Source: Podarcis gaigeae (lineage: Eukaryota). From it: DNA of 64,000 bases. Location: the NCBI GenBank assembly GCA_964106915.2, contig OZ066914.1; one strand, 5' to 3'. Positions within the stretch are counted from its first letter, which is position 1; every line of letters begins with the position of its first letter. The translations under genes and the position numbers were made by a program. Shown here one piece after another: positions 51,000-62,116 of this stretch. The notes under the pieces were generated by a model. It searched no databases. It was not told the DNA's origin and was given only the letters and a program-made list of their open reading frames with translations.

Positions 51000-52150
51000 A
51001 AGGTTTCTCTCTACCACCTGACGCCCCTCTGCAGCGAACAACCTGTGCCCAGTTTCATTTCTCCCCTCGCCTACCTTTCAGCTCCGCGTAGTCCAGCATT
51101 GCTCCGTTGGTCCTGGGGGTCGAGTGGCTCTTCTGCAGCATCCTCATGCGGACCTGCTCCTGTACCCGGGCGCTCTTGAACCCCTCGGCGGCGTCGGGGG
51201 CCTCGCTCTTCCTGTCCAGCTGCTTGTCCGAGGGCAGCGCCAAGGAGCACACGCCATCCTCCGGCTGCAGAGCCGACAAGAAGAAGTTATTCTCCTGCAT
51301 GCTGGCTGCTGGGCCAGGAGCGCACGTGAAAAACAGCCCGGCTCTTCCTCCGGGTCAACCCGCCCCTTCCCCGCGCCTGCCAGGAACTCGGTGTGGGCTG
51401 AGGGGAAGTTCCTCGCGAGGGCTTGGAGCAGCCCTTCCGCTCCTCCTGCGCCCTCTTCTCTGCGCCCAAATGGCGCGTTGACGCGCCAGGTAAGTTGCGC
51501 GCTTATTCACAGGTGAGTCTGTCGGGCCCTCCCTCTGACTTCCTTAGTTAGTATACAAAAAAAAAAGTTCCTTCATTCAGAGAGCGCGCCCACACATACA
51601 CCCGCCTCCTCCTCCACGCCATCCCCGGTCTTCTTGCAAGCGTCGTTTGGTTTCCTGGGACTTTCCTTTCCTTCTCTGCGCTGGTGGTGACACACCTACG
51701 TGATTCCACCCCTCTCTCTCCCTAGCAACTGAGATCAGCCGGGAGGCAGAGCAGCAGGTCGGCCGCTTCCACCTTAAGCAGGTGAGGCGTTGGGCAAAGC
51801 GGTGCCTTTAAGGTGGAATTCCAAAGATGCACGAACTGGCCTGGCCTTGGCCCTGCCCTGCCCCACACCTCGCCCTCAGCTGTGTAAACTGGCAAAAGCG
51901 GTTATGGGTGCGGTGCCTCCAGGGTTCTTGAAGGGTGTGCGTTTGTGTGCCTAGAGATAGAGAGCTGTAGGCCGTGGTGCCATCCCGCTCGCCTCTCTTT
52001 TTGTTACACCTTCTCCATTCCGCGAAACAGAGCTCCCCCAGTTCTGGCAGAGCCCCGTGTCAACAAAAGTGCAGCAAAACAAGGAGCGAACACGCCTCGG
52101 CCGAACCCAGCTTTGTTCCCTCCCAGCTTGTGAAGTAACTTAACAGCCTG
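51000..52150. promoter_or_regulatory. CpG-rich island / PKP3 proximal promoter
   Basis: Visibly dense CpG and GC content over exon 1 and ~850 bp upstream, against a CpG-depleted background. CAGGTA 51487-51492, CAGGTG 51510-51515 and 51779-51784, plus GC/CACCC-type boxes. Confidence 0.8.
51075..51300 (-). CDS. PKP3: Plakophilin-3 coding exon 1 (226 nt, MQENNFFLSALQPEDGVCSLALPSD...DYAELK-G)
   Basis: N-terminus matches the PKP3 head motif (LSALQP..GVCSLALPSD, ARVQEQVR). ATG at 51298-51300; donor AAAG|GTAGGC; phase 1. Confidence 0.96.
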
Positions 52151-53652
52151 TACATTCCAAACACTGAGCTGCTGCCTTGGGAGCTGAGCGGGAGAAGGGA
52201 TAGAGGCAGGCCAAAGTCCAGGAGCTCAATCCAGGCTCCTCCTCCTCCTGCTCACCCAGAGTCCCAGGAGGTACCTCTAGAGCATGCAGAGTGTGAGGCT
52301 CAGCTACACAGGCACATTCTGTGCCATGGCTGCAGCCAGGGAGAGACAGTGGGTGAGCAAGTCATGCCAGCTGTGGCCTTTCCTCCCCCGTCAATTTCTT
52401 CACCAGAGTATATAGGTAGCTGCCTTATACAGAGTCAGACCACTGGTCCATCTAGCTCAGTATTGTCTACACTGACTGGCAGCAGCTCTCCAGGGTTTTG
52501 GGCAAGTCTTCCCAGTCCTACCTGTAGATCAAAACTAGGACTTTCTTTGTAAAAGCAGAAGCTGTACCACTGAGCTTGGACATTGCTGACTAGAGGAGGT
52601 GGTGGCTGGGCTGGAAGGAATGTGGCAGGGGTTCCCCATTCACCACTTGGGGTCATAGATCACTGCTGAATCATACAGTTCCAGGGCTGCTCGCCCTACT
52701 ATTAGGCAGGGTGTGGCACCTGCTTCAGGCAGCTAATTTAAGGTGTTGTCAAATGGCAGCAAATAGCCAGTTCCTTAAATTACAGTATTACTAGTATAAT
52801 ATTTTTACTTTCAGGGAGAGGCATTTGGTGATTTTATGTCTCAGGCGCAAAAACAATGTAGTCAGCTTTGGATGCTGTGCTGCAAAATACATTTGGACTA
52901 GCCTTGTAGACTGCAATACTAATGAAGGGGGAAGAGCCATTTCCTTGCATCTTAGGAGGGTATACAGCACTTGCTCAGTGTTGGAAGACTCTGGGGCAAA
53001 GCAAGTGTAGAGAGAAACAACGCCATTGTGGCAGAAATGGTGTTCTACACTGGGCAGAATCCTAAAACTGCACACACACTGCTCTCATCACCGTTCCACT
53101 GTGGGCTTGTCATCTGCCAAATCCCAGTATGTCCTTCATACAGATCCATGTACCCTTCCATAACCACCCCATAATGGGTTATTGATTCCTGTTCTTCCCA
53201 CCATTAGGTTGTTACTTCTTGCTTTACAACTCCAAGCCCCCTAGACTCTTTCCTTATCCCTCTACTACTGTTGGTGGGATTCTTTTTCTGTTACTGGACC
53301 TGTTGCGCCCTGTCTACCATCTGTATAGCATTATGTCTGTTCCCTTCTACTTTAACAGGATAGCAAGTGAAATAGATGCAGACTGTGACCGTGCTCACAA
53401 GGGAAAGTCTTGTCCATTCTTCAAAACTTGAACCCTTAAGAAAAAAGATGCCTAACTCTTTAAAAAAGAATGCTCTATAGACCTTAGCAGTACACAGAAT
53501 ATACCATGTGAGAGCAAATGGGCCTAAGTATAGCCCATACATTTACTCTCTGTATATGTCAATCAATCAAGGTAATCGGTCATTGCTAGCATCAGCACTT
53601 CCATAGGCTTGGTAGACTTGAAAAAGACTTTCGGCTTATTATTACATCATTT

Positions 53653-53893
53653 TCATAGAATCATGGAATCATAGAATCATAGAGTTGGAAGAGACCACAA
53701 GGGCCATCGAGTCCAACCCCCTGCCAAGCAGGAAACACCATCAGAGCACTCCTGACATATGATTGTCAAGCCTCTGCTTAAAGACCTCCAAAGAAGGAGA
53801 CTCCACCACACTCCTTGGCAGCAAATTCCACTGTCGAACAACTCTTACTGTCAGGAAGTTCTTCCTAATGTTTAGGTGGAATCTTCTTTCTTG
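53653..53893 (-). mobile_element. CR1 LINE 3' end, 5'-truncated
   Basis: (catagaat)n tail, i.e. the ATTCTATG CR1 terminal repeat, followed by agttggaagagaccacaagggccatcgagtccaacccc. Confidence 0.88.
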
Positions 53894-53903
53894 TGGGCTA
53901 GAT

Positions 53904-54039
53904 CAGGCTTAGGCAACCTTGGCCCTCCAGATGTTTTGGGACTACAATTTTCATCATCCCTGACCACTTGTCCTGTTAGCTATGGATTATGGGAGTTGTA
54001 GTCCCAAAACATCTGGAGGGCCAAGTTTGCCTATGCTTG
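53904..54039. mobile_element. Palindromic hAT (Buster/Charlie-type) MITE
   Basis: TIRs caggcttaggcaacctt / aagtttgcctatgcttg; TSD ggctagat/agctagat. Older relatives at ~18445, 46140, 48163, 49525, 55065, 55915 and 59255. Confidence 0.88.
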
Positions 54040-57000
54040 AGCTAGATGCACCAGGAACTAAAGAGACTGCCTTTATTTTGCATATGAATGACAGCAAATG
54101 CAGTGAGACATTCGGACATTCGGATGGCCCAAATGCTAACAATACTATCTGACTACCAGTTAATAGAAACAAACCATTCACTCTCCTCTTGCACAGTCCT
54201 CAGCTGGCTTATTTATCTCTCAGGGAAGCAGCATATTCCTCTTGTAAGTACGCTTGCCTTGAGGCTTGCAGGGGACAATAATCAAGACACACAGCGTTCC
54301 ATATGATGGTTTTCCTTTGGGTGGTCTCTTACCAAATAATAATTAACTAGCGTTTGTGAAGCTCTGTCAGATGTCCAGATGAAAGACTCTCTGGACGTGT
54401 GTAGCGTTAATCATTGTAATAGCCCAGCCCAGCCCAGCTTAGCTTTTAAAATTCTGCACAGCCCAGCATAGGCGATGCTGAGTTTCCAGCTAATAAATGC
54501 TCTGTGACTAAAGTATGAATAATCCTCTGAGTTAAAAAAGCACTCCCAAATTAAGGAGACCTCATTAATAAGAAGTGTCCCTCTCTTAACTAGTGGGAAA
54601 CTGAGGCACGCAATGTGGAGCAATTCATCAGTCGGAAGCAGAGCAAGGATTAATACTCAGCAGTTCCCAGGACTGTGCTAAAGGCTAATTGGGCATTTCC
54701 CTTCTTATGCACTTTCATGAGAACATTAATTGCCACTGATATCCCCATTGATGTTCAGCAGCAACAATGCCCCAGGTAGAGGAATCTGGGGGAGGGGCAG
54801 GAGTGTGTATTTTTATTATTTCTTATGATGTTTGGCCAAGAAGATTATTCGTGCTAGAAGTTCAAAATTCCTGGCAGTTGTCAGATTTTGGGGAAACTAG
54901 TGATACAATGCTTTTTAACAGCCTGAGGGCTAACAGTGTACCTACCTCACTGACCTGGAGTAAAGGAATCCTATGAAGTAATTTGCTTTTGACCGGTCAC
55001 AAAAAATTGACATGGGGAGAAGGTCATAGAAGGTCATCCTACGGGGACCACTGCATGAGCATCCCTGAGTGGGCAACCTGTGGCCCTCCAAATACTGCTG
55101 AACTACAATTCCCATCATCCCTGACCACTGACTGAGACTGATGGGAGTTGGACTCCAGTAACTTCTGAAGGGTCGCAGGTTGCTTATCCTTGCATATATC
55201 AAGCATTAATCTCAGAGTATAAATTTCATCTGTGACTCATGTCAGGCTGTTTCCAAACAAAACCCAATTGTGGTGCCGTCATGTTCAGGGTACCTTACAA
55301 ATCCAAGCTACACACAGATTGTGATGATTCTTGTGATGGTTTTCCCCTGATCAATTGGTAGACCTCATTGGATCAGTGGAGGCATCACAGTCCACCTTGT
55401 ATTGGGCCACCTTTGTCCACACTTCTGACTTAACCCTGTAGCACTGAACAAGCCACCAGGGAAGGTGCTTTGAGGACATTTCCCCAACACATTCTGTTTC
55501 CTTTAGAGGTGATGGGGAGACAGAGCAGAACGGGCCCAACCTGAAGCAGTGAATTTTAGTAAAGTGGCAGAAAATCCTTTCCCCTTCTGCCATCCATATT
55601 GTGGCCTTTGCTCTTTTCCTTCTCTGATGAAATCTCCAAGATAGCATCAGGAAGCAGGAGGTGTGTGGGTCAAGGGTGGGTCATCTGGATAGAGATGGGC
55701 CTGGACTTATCTTTCCCATGTCAGCTGGCTACAAGACTAAAGATACTTCTGGATGTGATTTTGGGCACAAAGGAAATACAAGGATGGCATTTATTCTCTC
55801 TCTCTCCACTTCCCATTGTGTGAATACTTCAGTATGAACTTCCCTTTATGTACTGATGCTCTTGACATTAGAAAATGTGAGACTGCCAGCCTTTAAATGA
55901 AGTATAAAACCAGACAGCCTTCCTCAACTTGGTGCCCTCTCCATATATTACTGGACTACAACACCCATCTACCCCAGTCAGGGTTAATGGGAGCTGTAGT
56001 CCAACACTTCTGAAGGGCACCAAGCTGGGGAAGGTTGAAACAAAGAATCTTGTGGCAGCTTAAAGACTAACACTATGGCATAAGCTTTCAAGGAGTTAGT
56101 CTACTTTACCAGATGCATGAATTAAGACAATGTCTGTGCAAGGCATTTTGTGTGATCTATCATTGAAAATAACATGAGGAGGTCCTGTTGTTTTTCTGTA
56201 ACTTATTGCTGCCATTCCTCTTCCTGGTTGTAATGCCAAACCAGAATCCCTGGAAAATGTAACTCAGCCGAACTAATTATAGAGTCTGTACTAATTAGTG
56301 TGAGGGCATAGTGGTATAGGCACTAATTTGGTTTGTGCCACTGGCACTGATCCTGCTAGTCCATTTGGGTTAGCAACAATCAGCACAGGGATCGCCATCA
56401 GTCCTGGAATCATTGCACCTGAAACTCATAAAACTCTTGATCTGAGAGTGCCCTTAGTAGGCGAAAGACACCTTTCCCACAATTAATCTGCACAAATGCT
56501 TCACAATGTGCATCTTCCTGGTTATTGCTCTACCCCAACCCTCACTCATATACTGATTTGGTCTAGCCCATCTATCTACCTCACTAATTTCTTCTGGAAA
56601 ATGTAATTTCTGACTTTGTGCGCTACCATGGCTGTTGAATAGTCTCGTCACAAGTTCTCTCCCCCCCTCCCAATTTTTTATATTTTGCACAGCAAAGCAA
56701 AAATCTCTTTTCTCAGAAGCTTCACATGTTGTATTGCACAACACAGCATTATTTTAGAAAATCCTGCAATCTCAAGAGAATATACCACACACACACACAC
56801 ACACACTGAAAATGTTTGAAAACTACACCTGCAGTGATGCCAGGTGTGAGTTCAACTTACTGAACTCACAGTACACACAGAACCCCCTTGCCAGCACTGA
56901 TGTAGCTGATTGACAGTCCTGTTTCACTGAAAACCACAGCTGCCTTAGGGTGAGTCATGGGAGACCAGATGAAAGGAGGACAGGGCTCCTGTTCCTTGGG

Positions 57001-57790
57001 CAGTTTTGCAGGGGAATTAATTCTGATAGGTTTTGATTAATTTTCACCTATGATTGAAAGCTTTCCAATATTCTCTCTCCTGTGCAACCATAAAGGGAGA
57101 GGAGTCCACCTCACCTGTTGTCCTTTGCATTCAGTCACCCAAAGTAAAACTGTCATGAGAACTGGCCCTTTCACAGAGAAGGTGCTCCATCCCTACCCTA
57201 ATAATCCCTTACCTGACTTTGGTATCAGACACAGAGACTGCATGACCGTTAGCCCCATGCACAAGGGAGGCCACCGATATTTTACATATCTCTACAATAG
57301 GAGAAGATGACAAAGTTCTCATATAATTGGAAACTGTTCCCACAGTTTGAGCTGTGAATTTAAAGAGTCTGGCATGGGCAGCGCACACAGGCATTCTCAG
57401 ATAATTAATTGCACTATGCTAGTTTCTGCCTACAAGAAACCATTTCCACTTTGACTTTTCTGCCAAAAACCTTTTCTGCACATCTACTATGGAATCTTGT
57501 GTGTTCCGGAGCAGAAATCCAGAGCATCAGGCCTAGCGGCCAAATGTCGCCCTCCAGCCCATCTCACCCTTCAGCCACACCCACTCTCCAGACATATCCC
57601 TTCTCCCTAGGTCACAGCTCTCGCCAGCCTTGCTTAATACCCTCCTTGAGTGTTTCTGCCTGGCTGGAATGTCTCCTTGATCTCTGGGCACTTTCAGGCT
57701 GTCATTAATTTCAGGCAGCATTCAATCACATTTCAACAAATTCAGGTTGCACAATTAAAGTGAATTAGAGCTCTTGCGCAACAAACTTAC

Positions 57791-57817
57791 CTTCCCCCCA
57801 GAACAAAACCCAGACAT
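57791..57817 (-). other. Candidate alternative first coding exon of PKP3 (MSGFCSGGK, phase 0)
   Basis: AAAATG start, perfect AAG|GTAAGT donor, and phase compatible with the internal acceptor in exon 1 (51265/51264). No transcript evidence available. Confidence 0.35.
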
Positions 57818-58814
57818 TTTGCAATAAGGAAAGCTGACCTCCCTGCATACTTCCTGCAAACTAATTAGGATGAATGTTCAATACACAGGTCATCTGAATG
57901 TGACTTGTGATAATTACTGTTGGATGGAGGAGTGTGTTTGTGTGGAAGCTAGCCTACTGTAGAAATTGTATCTCTGCTGTCCAGTATGTTGATGATGGAT
58001 TTGTACAAGCTGTTGTCATGAAGAATTCCATATTTTTATATACATGGGGCTCCCCAAAATGCACTCAGGGTTGATTTCTGCTTTTCAGTGGAATGGCCCA
58101 GAAATGACCTCTTTCAATATGTCCATGCACAGATAGCATCAAACATACCATACAACGCTGACATCTGTGTAGCAAAGGTACTGTACATGCAAAATACCTG
58201 TATCTTGCTCTTAGGTGATGAAAGAGAACTGCAGGGCAGCTCCAGACAACTGGTTAAACTGGAGACATTGAGGCAAGCAGCCAGACCCTCCACATAAAAG
58301 TGCCCATGCCACCATAAGTCAATGGCAACTTCTTGAAACCCACCTGCCAGCCTTTCCAGCTGCTGTGGTTTAAGTTCCCTCTCGACTCAAATTTCTCTCC
58401 CACAGTCAGTCACAAAAGCATTGAAATCTACCCTTGCAGAGCAATCAATAAACTTTTGTCCCCACCTAAGGACCAAATCAGCCTTGTCATGAAAGGGAAA
58501 GAGAAGGAGGGAAAGCGTAAGAGCTGCTTCCAATGAAAAGCTGTGAGCCGTCAGCAACAGAGAAGGCTTAATGCATAAGTGCCAAAAAATAAAAATAAAA
58601 ATTACCAGGAGGTAACTGAAGCTGCAGGTGGAAGACTTTTTGAACAAATATTATGCATGTTGAGGACTGGTTGTTAAATGTTTTTATAGCACTTACAACA
58701 TATAAAGTAAGTTTTAGCTAGATCATGTTCACAAGGTATCAGGAAAGTAGGTAATGAATGAGATGCTTCGACTGTGTACACATTACCGGCTTAAAATGCA
58801 TCTAGGTATAAAAG

Positions 58815-59100
58815 ATCCTTTCCTAAAAACCCAGAAGCTTTTCGAAAAACAAGTGTTGATGTATGCGACCACGGCTACGTGGATTTTACTTGCACTAACG
58901 TGGAGAACAGACGTAGTTCCAACAAAAGAGGAGTGGCATCATAAACTGCTGGAATACATGGAACTAGTGGGTATGACTAATAGAATTAAGAAACAGTGAT
59001 GAAAAAGAACTTGAAGAGGATTGGATGCTATATATAGAATATATGAAAATTTATTATAATAAGACAACCTAGCAGGATGAGCATAATTCAGCAGTGTAAG
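58815..59100 (+). mobile_element. L1-clade LINE ORF2 C-terminal fragment
   Basis: 'MYATTATWILLALTWRTDVVPTKEEWHHKLLEYMELVGMT' resembles the ORF2 end of squamate L1/Tx1 elements as I recall them. Confidence 0.65.
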
Positions 59101-61048
59101 TTATAACATGAGATAAAGAGAAGGAGAGAGGAAAATTTGGAAGAACAAAAAGATGAGATAGGTTGGGAACAGAGAGGAAACTAGGGAATGAGTGGAAGGA
59201 GAGAACATAGATCAGGGACAGAGAACCTTTGACTGTGAAGAAACTGTTCAACTCAACTCTCATCACCATGCTGGCCAGGGCTGATGGGAGTCTAGCAGGA
59301 TCTGGAAGGTCACAACTCCCATCAGCCCTGGCCAGAATGGTCAATGGTCAGGGATGATAGGTGTTGTAGTCCAGCAACATCTGCAGCTTGGGCTATAACA
59401 TCAAAAAGATGTGTATAGCTCCATGTAGTGCCGATGCATGTCCTTTTAAATATTCACATCATAATGATGGAGTGAGCTGTAAGGGCAGTCTACAGGGTCT
59501 GCACAATTATTTGCTACCTACAAAACTAGAAGCCACATACTACCACTCACCCCCTACCTCAGTAATGCTGAATTTGAGGTGAGGGGCCCATTCTCTGTGG
59601 CATACTAAGAGCTCCAACACTTGCTGGAAGACCAGTGCAACCCCAAAGGTTCTTCCTCGCTCATTAAGTGCAGGATGATGTAATAGCTGAAGCAGGCGTG
59701 AGCCAACTGCTTTACTGCCCGAGGTATGATGTCTGTAGGATCAAGCTGCCTGGCAAGTTAATGTAGCCCTATCTCATCAACTATCTGATATGCAGCTGTA
59801 ATAAGCAAGTCCTAATCTCTCAATCACATGTGTAAATTAAAGGAATGGTGTCGACCCACCTCTGCAAACTGCTTTGAGACCTGCAGATGAAAGTTGCCAG
59901 ATACAGGGAGAGAGTTATTAGTTTTGTTATTTCTCCCTATCTTGCTCTGTGCACTTTACTCCACCTCAGCTCCTAGCCTAACTCTGCTGCCTATTCCATT
60001 CATCCATCACTCTGATTATCACTGCTTCATTTCCTCATAAACAATGTACGCTGACTATCCAGCCACTTCAAATCCTTCCAGAGAAGAATTTTAATCAAAC
60101 CTTCCTTACACATTGATTTCTTCTGTCATAAGCTCTTTGGAGCATGAATCTTAACGACCTTGCACAGTTAATCAAGTGCATACTGTGCTATCGACATCTA
60201 CCCAATATGCCATTAAGAAGATGCTTTTGACTGACTATATCCTCACGACTGGCTTAAGGCACAGATATGAGACAAAGGTGTACTGTTCTGAGACCCATGC
60301 TTCCCAGGGTTATATGATGGGGTCAAGCTGCAGGGACAGTGATAACTAGCAAAAAAACCCAAAACAAATGTAACAATTCAGTGATGATTGCCTAAGTTTT
60401 ATAGGTAGCCTCCTGGAGGTGGAGGAACTGCAGCTACTGAATTGTTTCCAGGGTTTACACCCATCAGGAAGTGAATGTAGATCTCTGTACTGAGTCCCGG
60501 GAGCACAGCATCTCCCCTTATTTCATGAATCGCCAGTCATGCCCAGAGAAATCAGGGGCGGAAAATGAGTTCTGCAAGCCCAAATAGTAGTTTAATTCCA
60601 TCCCGGTTGCCAGGTGAATGCAATATTGCTTATAATAAGCGGATCTCCTTTATGTTTTGTTCCAGAATATAGCAGCTTTGCACATAATGCTTTCTTCATA
60701 TTTCAGGAACTACTGCTTGTCCTCCCCGCCCCCGGATTTCTTTATGTGATCACCAGGCATCATCACAAGTAAGTTGTCCCTAGCAGCAAATCTTTTGCAG
60801 TTACTCCTGTGTTTAGACTTGTGGAGGAAAATATAGACAACAACTTTATAAAACACTAGAACATGTCATGTAATCATATGCTCTTTACTTTGAAAAGTTC
60901 CTTCCATTTCTTAATTTCGCCTGAACAGATGGTTTAGTAGATATTTGAAATGATATAGGCCTGCTTCGAACATTACTTTATAAGACACAGAAGATTTTTT
61001 ACTCTTACCACATAAGATACAACCTATCATTTTGTAGGGAAATATATA

Positions 61049-61394
61049 TTGAGAGTCCCACGGACTGCAAGAAGATCAAACCTAACCAAACCTAACCTTA
61101 AGAAAATCAGCCCTGAGTGCTCACTAGAAGGAGAGATCCTGAAGCTGAGGCTCCAATACTTTGGCCACCTCATGAGAAGAGAGGACTCCCTAGAAAAGAC
61201 CCTGATGTTGGAAAAGATGGAGGGCACAAGGAGAAGGGGACGACAGAGGATGAGATGGTTGGATAGTGTTCTTAAGCTACCAGCATGAGTTTGACCAAAC
61301 TGTGGGAGGCAGTGGAAGACAGGAGTGCCTGGTGTGCTCTGGTCCATGGGGTCACGAAGAGTCGGACACGACTAAACGACTGAACAACAACAAT
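61049..61394 (+). mobile_element. BovB (RTE clade) LINE 3' end
   Basis: 'RVPRTARRSN...PECSLEGEILKLRLQYFGHLMRREDSLEKTLMLEKMEGTRRRGRQRMRWLD', then gggtcacgaagagtcggacacgact and a (caa)n tail. Confidence 0.93.
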
Positions 61395-61563
61395 ACATTG
61401 TGCATCCGTTTCCCAGAAAATTTGAACGTAGAACAAAACTCCAGCATCTCATTAGATTACGAATGACTTTGTCAGAGAGTAGATGTATGAGTAACCTTAT
61501 GGGGCGTTTACCTGGATCTTAAGGAACTAATCCCAAAAGAAGCTCTCATTTTTATTCTTAGAT

Positions 61564-62116
61564 CAGTTGTTCTCAAATGGTGTGGCGTGCTGGGAAGATT
61601 CAAGAACAATCAAAGAAACATTTAAATATTTCAATGTAGTACAATTGAGTAGTGTAGCATAGAGTATCAATATAATATTTTTATGGATAGATATGTATAT
61701 GGAACAGGGATTTTCAACTGTGACAAATGTGAAAGACCAGAAAAGAGAAAGGCTTTTTGGTGTTGATGAGGATATGAGAGTTTGTCTGTCTCAAATTAGA
61801 CCTAATATAAATGAGATTACCTGGCAAAAGTAAGCTCATACCTTTCACTGAGTTTGTATACATACTACATATATAAGAGGCTCTTTTATATTTTGGGAAT
61901 GATTCATGTACTTATGTAGCTGCATTGTTTTATTCTTTTCGAATGTCTCATGATCATATTATAAAGTAGTTGTGTTTCTGTATAATCAATCAAGCACTGT
62001 TATGAGTTGTTTCTCCCCCCCCCCAATGTATTTCTTATCAGTAACAACTTCAGTATGGTGCAAGCAAATTTTTATTCTGAAAGTTTGGCCCAGAGAGAAA
62101 ACTTTGAGAACCACTG
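61564..62116 (+). mobile_element. Internally deleted hAT Charlie/Buster transposon retaining the transposase C-terminus
   Basis: TIRs CAGTTGTTCTCAAA / TTTGAGAACCACTG; TSD tcttagat/ggttagat. ~61700-61850 reads EQGFSTVTNVKDQKRERLFGVDEDMRVCLSQIRPNINEITWQK*AHTFH* (hAT dimerisation domain). Confidence 0.85.

Noticed and set aside
51107-51516. Two 124-130 aa plus-strand ORFs over exon 1
   Set aside because: Expected stop-codon depletion in a CpG island; antisense to real coding sequence.
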